A stretch of 64,000 nt of DNA from Patescibacteria group bacterium (GTDB taxonomy: Bacteria; Patescibacteriota; UBA1384; XYA2-FULL-43-10; 1-14-0-10-43-13), in the NCBI GenBank assembly GCA_041671645.1, contig JBAZBD010000001.1, positions 735,234-799,233 on the forward strand, in the 5' to 3' direction. A program made the position numbers and the translations under genes. The notes under the pieces were generated by a model. The model saw nothing but the letters and a program-made list of their open reading frames with translations, ran no database searches and was not told where the DNA came from. This document shows positions 53,748 to 63,976 of this stretch, piece by piece. Within the stretch, counting starts at the first letter, position 1, and every line of letters starts with the position of its first letter.

Positions 53748-55142
53748 CTAACCTTTACCAAGGCGATTTTCTGGCAAAACGAGGTTATTTTTTGTTAAGA
53801 AACCTGATTCTGATTCCAATCGCCGATATCCGATCTTAAATTCAGGAAATTTTTCTAACAAGATTTTTCTGTTTTTAAGATAGGCGTTGAAGAAGAATGA
53901 TTCCATCAGATACCGTCTGGCGGCGACAGAATCATATGGAACACTGAGAACAGGATGGACTGTGTCCCAATGTGCCAGATTGTGGTCAATTATCATTGAT
54001 CGTATTATGTCGTCCCTGCCACTTGCTGACTGATGGAAAGGTGTGAAATGTGAACACCTGAATCCTGTCGCCGAGCAAGATTTTATCCAATCCCCACATC
54101 GGCCAATATCATTAATGGTTTGGTCCGGGACATCGATGATCATCAATAATCGAGTTGCAATTCCGTTCTTGAGGCAAAGCTTGAAAATGGCATCGGGGTC
54201 TTCATCTTGATGCTGTTTTGCCATTACTTGGCGTTCTCTCTCGGTAGGGCTTTCGGTGCCGATGGACAGCATTCCCCAACCCGCCTCACGCATTGCTGGA
54301 ATCAGCTCATCTGAGTGATGCAAAGCAGGATTAAAAAGTCCGCCCATCACTACTTTGTTGTGTAGCCCTCGGTTGACCATCTCTGCACAAATTGCTAACA
54401 ACCATTCATGGTTTAGGTTGATATTCAAATCATCCCAATCGATAGATCGGTATCCCTGACCCGCCAAATATTCTACTTCGTCGACCACTTTGATCGGGTC
54501 TCGAAATACTACTCTACCTTGCCACGCTTCTCGTGACTCACAAAAAGAGCAATCAAAAGGACATCCTCGTGACCCAGAGATTGAAGTTGGGGCTTGATCA
54601 CCAATTTCAAGTGGCCATATATCGCGCATATGCAGAAAGGGCAACATTCCTTTGTCTCGAGATGGATATAGGACGCCCGTCCAAGCCATATCCCTGTCAG
54701 TGTGAACAATTCCTTTTGCTTGTTTGCCTCCCACGATTGCTCTTACAGCATTTTCTCCTTCTCCAATACATACCCAATCAAAATTGGGGATGAGATAACT
54801 GGGCATTGACGTTGCTCCACTGCCGCCAGCTATTAAACCGACGTTGGGATTTTTTGCCCGGATTGCCGATGCAATTTTGTTTGCCTCATCTAGTGTCCAA
54901 GTCATACAACTTACGCCAACAAAATTACAAGTTTTAGTTTTATCCAGGATCTCTTCCATAGCTAACGGCGCCAAGCCCAAATCGACAACCTCTACGTCGA
55001 AGCCACTATCCTGAAACGTCGTTGCGATATAAAGTAATCCCAAATTTGGTAATTGTGCATTGCCAAATAAGTTTTTGCGGCCCGAACCGCAACTAATCAA
55101 CATTACCTTCTTTTTTACTGACATAGAAATACCTCCCACCAA
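53748..55142 (-). CDS. B12-binding domain radical SAM protein (class B)
   Basis: N-terminal B12-binding Rossmann-like domain; CxxxCxxC cluster SRGCPFDCSFC; 464 aa. Confidence 0.8.
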   Translation of the reverse strand: MVGGISMSVKKKVMLISCGSGRKNLFGNAQLPNLGLLYIATTFQDSGFDVEVVDLGLAPLAMEEILDKTKTCNFVGVSCMTWTLDEANKIASAIRAKNPNVGLIAGGSGATSMPSYLIPNFDWVCIGEGENAVRAIVGGKQAKGIVHTDRDMAWTGVLYPSRDKGMLPFLHMRDIWPLEIGDQAPTSISGSRGCPFDCSFCESREAWQGRVVFRDPIKVVDEVEYLAGQGYRSIDWDDLNINLNHEWLLAICAEMVNRGLHNKVVMGGLFNPALHHSDELIPAMREAGWGMLSIGTESPTERERQVMAKQHQDEDPDAIFKLCLKNGIATRLLMIIDVPDQTINDIGRCGDWIKSCSATGFRCSHFTPFHQSASGRDDIIRSMIIDHNLAHWDTVHPVLSVPYDSVAARRYLMESFFFNAYLKNRKILLEKFPEFKIGYRRLESESGFLTKNNLVLPENRLGKG

Positions 55143-55299
55143 AATGTGAATGTGCTATTCCATAGCAAAAATTTTCCAATCCATGGAACACTTTATATTA
55201 ATACAATTATATTTTTATACAACTTTTTGGACAGATATTGACATATTATGCAAATTACTCTAGGGTAATTAGTTAATTGTTGTCTAAAAATAGGACAAA

Positions 55300-56013
55300 A
55301 TGGATAATTTACAAATCAACGGTTTGAGCCAAAAAGAGTTCGAGGCATACAAGAATTTGCTTAGTTTAAAAAGGTCAACCGTGCTTCAGTTGGCTAAAAT
55401 TTCCAATGATAAACGAACTAATCTTTATCGACTATTAGAAACACTGATCGGCAAAGGCTTGGTGAGCGAAATTTATGAAGGCAGTAAGCATTATTATATT
55501 GCCGAATCCCCAAGCAGATTAGTAAATTTCGTCGCTCAAGAGAAGAAAAAAATCGAGGAATTATTGCCAGAACTCGAGCAGATAGAGAAAGAAGCGATGG
55601 AGCGACCTAAAATTAAATATTTTGAGGGAAAAGAAGGTATAAAAAATCTCGAAGATGAGCTTTTAAAAGAACGGAAAGAAATATTGGCTTTTTCTTGGCC
55701 AGATAAATTGGTACAAAGCATTGAATCTCATGATTCCTTTGTCAAGAAAAGAATAAAGGCAAAAATACCCGCTAGGGTTATCTATCCCGATACAGGAGCT
55801 GCGCATAAAAGAAAAACGGGGTTTCGAGAAGTCCGATACTCAAAGAAGTTAAAACCGTTTGATTCGACTTTTATGATTTCTGGCAATAAAGTTGTGGCTT
55901 TTTCTCACAAGAGATGGATCACCGGCGTTTTGATCGAAAACAGAGAAATCGCTGAAGGACTTACTGCATTTTTCGATGCCTATTGGTCGGAGCTTAAAGA
56001 AACTAAAAAATAA
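55300..56013 (+). CDS. TrmB-family transcriptional regulator
   Basis: N-terminal wHTH (TVLQLAKISNDKRTNLYRLLETLIGKGLV) and a C-terminal TrmB-type domain; 237 aa. Confidence 0.7.
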   Translation: MDNLQINGLSQKEFEAYKNLLSLKRSTVLQLAKISNDKRTNLYRLLETLIGKGLVSEIYEGSKHYYIAESPSRLVNFVAQEKKKIEELLPELEQIEKEAMERPKIKYFEGKEGIKNLEDELLKERKEILAFSWPDKLVQSIESHDSFVKKRIKAKIPARVIYPDTGAAHKRKTGFREVRYSKKLKPFDSTFMISGNKVVAFSHKRWITGVLIENREIAEGLTAFFDAYWSELKETKK

Positions 56014-56059
56014 AATTTGCGACCTGGCAAAGATGCAGGCCGCAAGGCTGATTGAAAAC

Positions 56060-56413
56060 TTACTTTTTGTAATACTGATCGTAGTGAGGCTGAGGACCGA
56101 TACGGCGGCTCCAGAGTTGTCTCTGTCTTTCTGTCATGGAATAGTGGTACTCGTCACGAATCATTTCCTCAAGCTTTTTGGGCCGTTCCATCCAGTTTGA
56201 GACGCAAGTTTTTGCCGAAAGCAGCTCGCTACCACGGTCAGATAATTTAACGACACCGAGAGCATCAATTTCGCACCTATCCTTGAGTCTGACATGCTCG
56301 ATTGGCTCATGGAAGAGCATTGCTGTCAGTAATTGTCCAGGCGTATAACCTTCGTACGAGTCAAGACACATTTGTGCAAGAAGATTCACTTCGTGCAAAT
56401 TAATTTTTAACAT
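56060..56413 (-). CDS. Hypothetical protein
   Basis: 117 aa ORF with plausible spacing; no recognisable motif. Confidence 0.45.
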   Translation of the reverse strand: MLKINLHEVNLLAQMCLDSYEGYTPGQLLTAMLFHEPIEHVRLKDRCEIDALGVVKLSDRGSELLSAKTCVSNWMERPKKLEEMIRDEYHYSMTERQRQLWSRRIGPQPHYDQYYKK

Positions 56414-56629
56414 TTCAATCTCCTTCAGATTGGAATAGCTGATTCATTTATTACTCCAGGTTTAGTTTAATGTCAACCGCTCCGTCATCTTTTTGGTATG
56501 TAAAACGGGGCATTCTCCTTGACAAAATGGCCGAATCAGAGTATTAATTGGCTACATCGGGCGCACGTTGACAAATACATATTCAAGTTCAAATTTTGCG
56601 CATATTCGCACAAGAAGGAGGGAACTTCG

Positions 56630-57907
56630 ATGCGAAAATTATCCCTTTGGTTACTCGCTCTCGCACTGTCCATTATATTGGGCGGTTGCGGTGGCAATGG
56701 ACAATCGCTGGTGTCCCCAACTCCAGCAGACAACCGAGACTCCATAGTCTCAATCCCCAATGGAGAAATTGGTGGAAATCAATGGATCTCTGTGATCACA
56801 ATCACAGTGACCGGTCCTGAAATTGATGGGACAATCAGCCAGGACATGACTTACAACGCCGCCACCAGCAAATGGGACGGCCAGCTCCAAGTACCAAATG
56901 GCGTCAACAGACTGTTCAAAGTAGTTGCCAAAGATGCCAACGGAGCAACTCAATTCGCCGGTCAGAAACTGGCGGACGTGGCACCGGGAACTTCGGCGAC
57001 CAACAACATCTCAGTTGACCTATACTCTGGCGATGGCAAATCGCGGATATCGGTCAGGGTTTCCTTTGCCAATGTCTATCTTGGGCTTGGCAAACTATTT
57101 GCTTGCTGGGGGCCACACACTATAGAAGGCCAGGACCCCAATCATGACAGACCTACGGATAAGCAGATCTCGGATCAGGGTAATATCGTGACAAGACTTT
57201 GTTCAGGCACCAGAATCTACTCTTCCGACGAACGAATGGTTGCGGTCAATGTGAACGCAGGCATACCCTGCACCATTGGCATCAATCTTGGTCCGAACGA
57301 AGCCAACAATCAGACGGAGATCAATGCCGCGGCGGCAACCGTGGCAAAATATCCAGAAGTTAGCGCTATATACGTAGGCAACGAGATGTCGATGTCCAGT
57401 CTGCCGCCCAATGGGGCCGATCTGATCACGTACATCAATAGCACTCGTACGAAATGCCCAGGTGCTCAGATCGGAACCGCCGATACGTACGACTTCTGGT
57501 ACAATTCCGGCCAAGGCAGGCCAGAATTGGCAGCGGTATGCGATGTCATCGCGTATCACGACCATATTTATTGGGCCGGCCTTTCGGTCGACAATGCTAT
57601 GGTCGCGATCGCGGATCATTACCAAAAAATGAAGTCGTTATACCCGGGCAAACGAATTGTTCTCGCTGAAGTCGGTTTTCCAACCGCCGGAGGCACAAAA
57701 GGACAAGCAATCCCAGGTGAAATGGCTCAGCGTCTCTTCATCCAAGTGTTCGTCCCTTGGGCTCAGCTCAATGGAGTAGAATACTTTCTGTTCCAACTGT
57801 TTGACGAACCGTGGAAAACCGGCGAGCCGAACGGTGTAGGCACCCATTGGGGCTTATTCTATAACACTCTGGTAGCGAAGCCAGAGATAAACAAAATCTG
57901 GTTTTGA
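56630..57907 (+). CDS. Lipoprotein with a glycoside hydrolase family 17-like domain (tentative)
   Basis: Signal peptide plus lipobox LGGC; IYVGNE and LAEVGFPTAGG resemble the GH17 catalytic Glu motifs (GNE / ETGWPS). RBS AGGAGGG. Confidence 0.5.
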   Translation: MRKLSLWLLALALSIILGGCGGNGQSLVSPTPADNRDSIVSIPNGEIGGNQWISVITITVTGPEIDGTISQDMTYNAATSKWDGQLQVPNGVNRLFKVVAKDANGATQFAGQKLADVAPGTSATNNISVDLYSGDGKSRISVRVSFANVYLGLGKLFACWGPHTIEGQDPNHDRPTDKQISDQGNIVTRLCSGTRIYSSDERMVAVNVNAGIPCTIGINLGPNEANNQTEINAAAATVAKYPEVSAIYVGNEMSMSSLPPNGADLITYINSTRTKCPGAQIGTADTYDFWYNSGQGRPELAAVCDVIAYHDHIYWAGLSVDNAMVAIADHYQKMKSLYPGKRIVLAEVGFPTAGGTKGQAIPGEMAQRLFIQVFVPWAQLNGVEYFLFQLFDEPWKTGEPNGVGTHWGLFYNTLVAKPEINKIWF

Positions 57908-57921
57908 GGGAGGAAACTACC

Positions 57922-58719
57922 ATGAAAAAATATCTTGCCGGAATTATAACTGTAATAGTCGGCATACTCATGTTGGCCGGCTGTGGCGGTGGTGGCGAAA
58001 AACCGCCGGTCGCTAACGGCAACGTCCGTGTCATGATCGCTCTACCAGGTCATGTCGCAACCACAAGTCGCTCTATCTCCGAAATAAAGAAAGGAAGAGT
58101 AACTGTGGCGGGCGCTGGCATGACCACCCTGACCGCGGACGCGGCGGTCGATATCGCGAATAAATCTGTCACCGTGATGGTACCAGAAGTAAAACCAGGT
58201 AACGATCGAGAAGTCACCTTTGACGGTCTCGATGCAGCTGGGAATATCCTATACACCGGGAGCACAAAGGTCACGGTGACAACAGGTCAAACTGTCGACG
58301 CCAATATTACGGCCACACCGACCAACTCGACGGTCAATATTGACATCATCGTCCATGAAGGCACACCGACTCTTGTAGTCGATACACCCCCGGCATTCGG
58401 TAGCACAGCCGATTTGACTGGTAAAATCACTGGCGGAGTAAATCCCGCCAACTATGTCGTTGCGGTGTTCTCGCACGGCACTGACGGTAAATGGCGCAAT
58501 AAGCCAACCTATGCCAGCTATATGACCTATCCCGACAACCTCGGGGCCTGGTCAACGGACATAACTACCGGCGGAGACGACCAGAACGCACCGGAATTTC
58601 TGGTGTTCCTGGTGCCGGTAGAGACATACACAGACATTCCGAATTTCTACAGTAACTCGCTTGCCCCCACGGTCGCCAGTGCGGTAGACCAAGTGCAAAT
58701 ACCACGGCCGGCACAATAG
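57922..58719 (+). CDS. Hypothetical lipoprotein
   Basis: Signal peptide plus lipobox LAGC. RBS GAGGGAGG. Terminator at 58735..58768. Confidence 0.55.
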   Translation: MKKYLAGIITVIVGILMLAGCGGGGEKPPVANGNVRVMIALPGHVATTSRSISEIKKGRVTVAGAGMTTLTADAAVDIANKSVTVMVPEVKPGNDREVTFDGLDAAGNILYTGSTKVTVTTGQTVDANITATPTNSTVNIDIIVHEGTPTLVVDTPPAFGSTADLTGKITGGVNPANYVVAVFSHGTDGKWRNKPTYASYMTYPDNLGAWSTDITTGGDDQNAPEFLVFLVPVETYTDIPNFYSNSLAPTVASAVDQVQIPRPAQ

Positions 58720-58734
58720 CTGGCCAAGACTACT

Positions 58735-58768
58735 TTCCCCCCGATATTATTTCGGGGGGATTTTTATT
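58735..58768 (+). terminator. Rho-independent terminator
   Basis: CCCCCCGATATTATTTCGGGGGG hairpin plus a T-run. Confidence 0.6.
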
Positions 58769-58827
58769 TACAAAAATTATTTAATTAGTTATTATATAAG
58801 TATCTTAACTAAATTCACAGAAAATTT

Positions 58828-59289
58828 ATGTTTAACCGCAAAAAAACAATTGAAGAGATTCTGGAGACCTTTCATCTGATCAAACGCAAAAGTATGAACA
58901 TGGTCAATTTTGCCAAAACCGCCGACTTGAATATCATGGGCTCGCAGTGGCTCGTCCTCCACCTAGTGCAAAAAAACGACGGCATCGGGGTCAAGGAAAT
59001 CGCCGAAGAAATGCACATCTCTAGCCCGGCCGCGACTCAGCTTGTCGACGCTCTTGTGACTCGCGGTTTTCTAATTCGTGAAACTTCCCCTACAGACCGT
59101 AGGGCGATAAAATTAAAATTATCCGCCCAGATGAGAGATAAGTTTGCAGATATGAAAAAAGCTGGGATGGCGCATGCTGGCACACTGTTTGAATCGCTAG
59201 ATGACGACGAATTAGCAACCTTTATGTCCCTCTGCAAAAAACTAGTAAGCGATAAAATAGACATAAATATAGAAAGTGAGAACAAATAA
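58828..59289 (+). CDS. MarR-family transcriptional regulator
   Basis: wHTH segment VKEIAEEMHISSPAATQLVDALVTRGFLIRETSPTDRRAIKLKLS; 153 aa. Confidence 0.75.
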   Translation: MFNRKKTIEEILETFHLIKRKSMNMVNFAKTADLNIMGSQWLVLHLVQKNDGIGVKEIAEEMHISSPAATQLVDALVTRGFLIRETSPTDRRAIKLKLSAQMRDKFADMKKAGMAHAGTLFESLDDDELATFMSLCKKLVSDKIDINIESENK

Positions 59290-61089
59290 ATGTTAAAAAT
59301 ATTAAAATACTTAAAACCTTATACCTGGTCGCTGATTTTGTTGGTGATTTTAATTTACGTTCAGGTCCAAACAAATCTGAAGCTACCAGATTATATGGCC
59401 CAGATTATCAACAAGGGCATTGTGGTCGAAAATAATTCTCTGATCTGGAGCACAGGAACAAAAATGCTCCTAGTTTCTCTCCTGGGTGGCGCCTGTATGA
59501 TTGTCGTAAGTTATATTGCCTCTCGCGTCGCCTCCGGATTTTCTGCCAATTTGCGACAACGATTGTTTACCAAAGTCGAAAGTTTCTCACTTGTCGAATT
59601 TAACAAATTTTCGACTGCGTCCTTGATGACAAGAACTACCAACGATATAACTCAAATTCAGACGGTACTCATCATGGTCTTACGGATGGTCCTGATGGCA
59701 CCGATCATGGGAATCGGCGCGATTATCAAAGCTTACCAGATGGCGCCATCGATGACTTGGATTATCGCGCTGGCCGTCGGTGTTTTAACGCTATTGATTG
59801 GCACCCTCTTCGTCATTGCCCTGCCTAAATTCAAAATCTTGCAAAAAATGGTTGATAAAGTGAATTTGGTAATGCGAGAGATCCTAACAGGTCTCAGGGT
59901 TATTAGAGCCTTCAATACCGAAAAAATCGAGGAAAATAAATTTGATAAAGCCAACCAAGATTTGACTGGCTTGAATCTTTTCGTGAATCGATTGATGGTG
60001 ATCATGCAACCGATGTTGATGTTGATAATGAATTTCGCCGCACTATTGACGATCTGGGTTGGTGCTCATTTGATAAATTCTGGCAGTTTGGCGATCGGAG
60101 ATATGATGGCCTTCATGCAATATTCGATGCAAGTCATAATGGCTTTCCTCTTCCTGACAATGGTCTTCATCATGGTGCCACGAGCAGCCGTATCAGCAGA
60201 ACGTATCGCTGAAGTTTTGGATACTGAGGTGCTGATCAAAGATCCAGAAAATCCAACGAAATTGCCAGCCGTCGGGCAAGGATTGATCGAATTCAAAGAC
60301 GTGTATTTTGGCTATCCAGGAGCCGATATTCCAGCCCTAGAGGGCATCAGTTTCAAGGCCAAGCCAGGCGAGATTACCGCTTTTGTCGGATCCACTGGTA
60401 GCGGCAAATCAACGCTAATCAATCTAATCCCCCGCTTTTATGATGTCACGAACGGACAAATTCTGGTGGATGGCGTCGACGTTCGTGAAATCAAGCTGGA
60501 ATCTCTCTGGAGCAAAATCGGCTATGTCCCGCAAAAAGGCACACTCTTTTCCGGCACGGTCGAGAGCAATATTAAGTATGGCGCGCCTGATGCAGATGAA
60601 AATGAAGTCAAAAAAGCGGCCAAGATAGCTCAGGCAACTGAATTTATCGACACTCTTCCCGAAAAATTGGCCTCGGCTATCTCCCAAGGCGGCACCAATG
60701 TTTCGGGCGGCCAGAAACAACGACTTTCGATTGCTCGAGCCCTAGTGCGCAAGCCGGAGATCTATATCTTTGACGATTCTTTCTCGGCCCTAGACTTCAA
60801 AACTGATGCCGCTCTCCGAAATGCTCTCATGACTGAAACCAAGAAGAAAACTGTATTGATCGTAGCCCAGCGAATTTCAACCGTTATTAACGCTGACCAT
60901 ATCGTGGTCCTAGACGAGGGCAAAGTTGTCGGACAAGGTCGTCATCACGATTTGATGAAAGACTGCCCCGTCTATAGCGAAATAGCGCTCTCCCAGCTTT
61001 CTGAATCTGAGCTAGACCGAAGCGATAATTCATCTGGGAAAAAGGATGTTAAAACACCCCTTAAATTATCCAGAAAGGAGGCGTTATGA
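59290..61089 (+). CDS. ABC exporter, fused permease/ATPase (heterodimer subunit A)
   Basis: 6-TM domain; Walker A GSTGSGKST; signature VSGGQKQRLSIARAL; Walker B IYIFDDSFSALD. Confidence 0.85.
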   Translation: MLKILKYLKPYTWSLILLVILIYVQVQTNLKLPDYMAQIINKGIVVENNSLIWSTGTKMLLVSLLGGACMIVVSYIASRVASGFSANLRQRLFTKVESFSLVEFNKFSTASLMTRTTNDITQIQTVLIMVLRMVLMAPIMGIGAIIKAYQMAPSMTWIIALAVGVLTLLIGTLFVIALPKFKILQKMVDKVNLVMREILTGLRVIRAFNTEKIEENKFDKANQDLTGLNLFVNRLMVIMQPMLMLIMNFAALLTIWVGAHLINSGSLAIGDMMAFMQYSMQVIMAFLFLTMVFIMVPRAAVSAERIAEVLDTEVLIKDPENPTKLPAVGQGLIEFKDVYFGYPGADIPALEGISFKAKPGEITAFVGSTGSGKSTLINLIPRFYDVTNGQILVDGVDVREIKLESLWSKIGYVPQKGTLFSGTVESNIKYGAPDADENEVKKAAKIAQATEFIDTLPEKLASAISQGGTNVSGGQKQRLSIARALVRKPEIYIFDDSFSALDFKTDAALRNALMTETKKKTVLIVAQRISTVINADHIVVLDEGKVVGQGRHHDLMKDCPVYSEIALSQLSESELDRSDNSSGKKDVKTPLKLSRKEAL

Positions 61090-63113
61090 GCGAACAAAAT
61101 AACCAACAAACTCCTCCGAAAGGTCCTATGCCAGGCGGACGCAACGCCATGGGCGGACCAGGCATGATGGGCGGCGCTACCGAAAAAGCCAAAAACTTCA
61201 AAAAAACGATGGCCAATTTGATTAAATATCTAAAGCCATTTTGGATCTCGATAATTATCGTGTTCGTGTTTGCAATTGCCAGTACACTTTTCGCGGTTTT
61301 CTCGCCCAAAATACTCGGAGGCGTGACCAACACAATTGTCGACGGATTTATCAACCGCACTGTTTACGATCAAGTCGTAACGCAATTGCCAAAAGGGATG
61401 ACAATTCCCACTGGAACCTCTGGCGCAGAAATACTCAAGAAAATGCCGCCACAGCAGTTAGCCCAAATCCCCGCAGACAGGCTGGACAAGATACGCGCCC
61501 TTGACCTCTCAAGCCGCCCTGGCATAGATTTTCACAAGATAATGACAACAGCTATTCTATTGATCATTCTATATGTCCTCTCCGCCTTCTTCAGTTACCT
61601 CCAGGGTTGGATCATGACCAATATTTCCCAAAAGATTACCTACAATTTCAGACGTGATATTTCGATGAAAGTCGGAAGAATGCCTCTGCGATATTTTGAC
61701 ACCAAAACCCACGGAGAAACGCTATCCCGAGTGACCAATGATGTCGATACCGTTGGTATGACACTCAATCAGTCGCTCACTCAGATTATCACCTCCGTCA
61801 CTATGATCATCGGTTTCTTGGTCATGATGTTTACGATTAGTTGGCAGATGACCCTGGTAGCGTTGATAATCCTGCCTATCTCGATGGGAATAATTGGCAT
61901 AATTGTTGGCCGCTCTCAGAAATTTTTCAAAAACCAACAGGTTTCTCTGGGCCAGCTCAACGGCCATATCGAAGAAATGTATGGCGGCCATAACGTGATG
62001 AAGGTCTTCAATGGTGAAGCTCGCTCAATTGCCAAATTCAATCAAATCAACGACCGACTCTATAACAGTTCATGGAAATCTCAGTTCCTCTCTGGCTTAA
62101 TGTGGCCCATTATGGGCTTCATCGGCAACGTCGGATATGTCGGCGTAGCAGTAGTCGGTGGCGTCTTGGCTATTCGCGGAAGAGTCAATATTGGCGACAT
62201 CCAGGCTTTCATACAATATATGAATCAATTCAATCAACCGATTTTACAAACAGCCAATGTCGCTAGTGTGATGCAATCAACAGCGGCGGCGGCCGAACGT
62301 GTTTTTGAATTTTTAGATGAAGAAGAGGAAACAGCCGAAGCGCCAGAGCCAATTGTTCTGGAGAAAGTCTCCGGGAACGTCACGTTTGATAATGTTGTCT
62401 TTGGCTACGAGCCAGATAAAACTATTATCAAAAAATTCAACGCCGAAATTCACACTGGGCAGAGGGTCGCGATCGTCGGGCCGACGGGGGCTGGTAAAAC
62501 CACAATGGTAAACCTGCTAATGAGATTTTATGATGTAAACAGTGGCGCAATCAAAATAGATGGCGTCGATATCCGCGAAATGAGACGAGCCGACCTGCGC
62601 AAAATGTTTGGCATGGTTCTCCAAGACACCTGGCTATTTAACGGGACTATTCGCGACAATATCGCTTATGGGAAAATAGGCGCGACTGAAGCAGAGATCA
62701 CCAAAGCGGCCAAGGACGCGCATGTTGATCACTTCGTCCACTCTCTCCCCCACGGCTACGATGCGGAATTGAATGAGGAAGCTGACAATGTTTCGGAGGG
62801 AGAAAAACAGTTGCTAACGATTGCCCGCGCCATGCTGGCCAACCCGCCGATGCTGATTTTGGACGAGGCTACAAGTTCAGTTGATACTCGAACTGAGGTA
62901 TTGATTCAAAAAGCGATGGACAATTTGATGAAGGGGAAAACCAGTTTCGTCATCGCCCACCGGCTTTCGACGATTCGCGACGCAGATTTGATCCTGGTCA
63001 TGAAGGACGGGAATATCATCGAACAGGGCAAACATGTTGAACTGCTGAAAGCAAACGGTTTCTACGCCGAGCTTTACAACAGTCAGTTCACCGCACCAGT
63101 CGTCAATATTTAG
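61086..63113 (+). CDS. ABC exporter, fused permease/ATPase (heterodimer subunit B)
   Basis: Walker A GPTGAGKTT; a degenerate signature VSEGEKQLLTIARAM, typical of the non-canonical site in heterodimeric exporters; Walker B LILDEATS. 4-nt overlap with subunit A. Confidence 0.85.
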   Translation: MSEQNNQQTPPKGPMPGGRNAMGGPGMMGGATEKAKNFKKTMANLIKYLKPFWISIIIVFVFAIASTLFAVFSPKILGGVTNTIVDGFINRTVYDQVVTQLPKGMTIPTGTSGAEILKKMPPQQLAQIPADRLDKIRALDLSSRPGIDFHKIMTTAILLIILYVLSAFFSYLQGWIMTNISQKITYNFRRDISMKVGRMPLRYFDTKTHGETLSRVTNDVDTVGMTLNQSLTQIITSVTMIIGFLVMMFTISWQMTLVALIILPISMGIIGIIVGRSQKFFKNQQVSLGQLNGHIEEMYGGHNVMKVFNGEARSIAKFNQINDRLYNSSWKSQFLSGLMWPIMGFIGNVGYVGVAVVGGVLAIRGRVNIGDIQAFIQYMNQFNQPILQTANVASVMQSTAAAAERVFEFLDEEEETAEAPEPIVLEKVSGNVTFDNVVFGYEPDKTIIKKFNAEIHTGQRVAIVGPTGAGKTTMVNLLMRFYDVNSGAIKIDGVDIREMRRADLRKMFGMVLQDTWLFNGTIRDNIAYGKIGATEAEITKAAKDAHVDHFVHSLPHGYDAELNEEADNVSEGEKQLLTIARAMLANPPMLILDEATSSVDTRTEVLIQKAMDNLMKGKTSFVIAHRLSTIRDADLILVMKDGNIIEQGKHVELLKANGFYAELYNSQFTAPVVNI

Positions 63114-63179
63114 CCCAGGGGGCTATCTATTCTCTGAAGAAGAGAGTATAGTAAAAGTGTTAGATAATTTAGGAGATAG

Positions 63180-63497
63180 ATGGAAAGCGAAAAGAACAAA
63201 CTGTTCGTCGGCAACCTTTCTTTCGACATCGACCAAGAACAACTTGCGTCTTTGTTTGCAGAGATTGACGGTGTCGAAGTAGTAGAGGCGACTATTATCA
63301 TGGATCGTGAGACCAACAGACCTCGTGGTTTTGGTTTCGTTAAGGTTGCAACTGATGAAATGGCCGAGAAAGCAGTAGCTGCTCTCGACGGTAAAGAAGT
63401 TGCTGGCCGCAAGATTGTCGTCAATATTGCCAAGCCACGTGAAGAGAGACCAAGAACTGGTGGCCAGGGTGGTTACTCTAGAGATCGCAGATACTAA
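63180..63497 (+). CDS. RRM-domain RNA-binding protein with Gly/Arg-rich tail
   Basis: RNP-2 LFVGNL and RNP-1 RGFGFVKV; 105 aa. Terminator at 63536..63566. Confidence 0.8.
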   Translation: MESEKNKLFVGNLSFDIDQEQLASLFAEIDGVEVVEATIIMDRETNRPRGFGFVKVATDEMAEKAVAALDGKEVAGRKIVVNIAKPREERPRTGGQGGYSRDRRY

Positions 63498-63535
63498 TAA
63501 CCAAACTTATAGTTTAGTTAAATAGTCCTACTAAA

Positions 63536-63566
63536 ATAAGGCTGCCGAAAGGCAGTCTTATTTTTA
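63536..63566 (+). terminator. Rho-independent terminator
   Basis: CTGCC gaaa GGCAG hairpin plus TCTTATTTTTAT. Confidence 0.6.
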
Positions 63567-63611
63567 TGGTTTACTATAGGCCCAATTTGTGATAGAATCG
63601 TGTAAGATTTG

Positions 63612-63686
63612 CGGGTATCGTATAGCGGCTATTATGCGACCCTTCCAAGGTTGAGATGCGGGTTCGACTCCCGCTACCCGCTCCAA
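63612..63686 (+). tRNA. tRNA-Gly (anticodon UCC)
   Basis: Near-identical in frame to E. coli tRNA-Gly(UCC): anticodon loop CTTCCAA, T-arm GCGGGTTCGACTCCCGC, CCA. Confidence 0.85.
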
Positions 63687-63694
63687 AATATATG

Positions 63695-63770
63695 GCGGCT
63701 ATAGTGAAGTGGTTATCACGGCAGTTTGTGGCACTGCAGTCATGGGTTCAATTCCCGTTAGCCGCCCCAG
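63695..63770 (+). tRNA. tRNA-His (anticodon GUG) with encoded G-1
   Basis: Extra 5' G pairing with discriminator C73; anticodon arm GCAGT TTGTGGC ACTGC; CCA encoded. Confidence 0.8.
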
Positions 63771-63824
63771 AATTTGGAAAACAAGGGTTAGAAAATAATT
63801 TTTCTAATTCTGTTTCTCAATTTT

Positions 63825-63900
63825 GCGCCCTTAGCTCAGTGGATAGAGCGCTCGACTTCGGATCGAGAGGCCGGGGGTCCGAATCCCTCAGGGCGTACCA
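63825..63900 (+). tRNA. tRNA-Arg (anticodon UCG)
   Basis: Acceptor GCGCCCT/AGGGCGT, D-arm GCTCAGTGGATAGAGC, anticodon loop CTTCGGA, CCA. Confidence 0.8.
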
Positions 63901-63976
63901 GCCCGCGTAGCTCAGTGGATAGAGCAACTCCCTTCTAAGGAGAAGGTCGCAGGTCCGATTCCTGCCGCGGGTACCA
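63901..63976 (+). tRNA. tRNA-Arg (anticodon UCU)
   Basis: Acceptor GCCCGCG/CGCGGGT, anticodon loop CTTCTAA, T-arm GCAGGTCCGATTCCTGC, CCA. Abuts the previous tRNA with no spacer. Confidence 0.8.
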
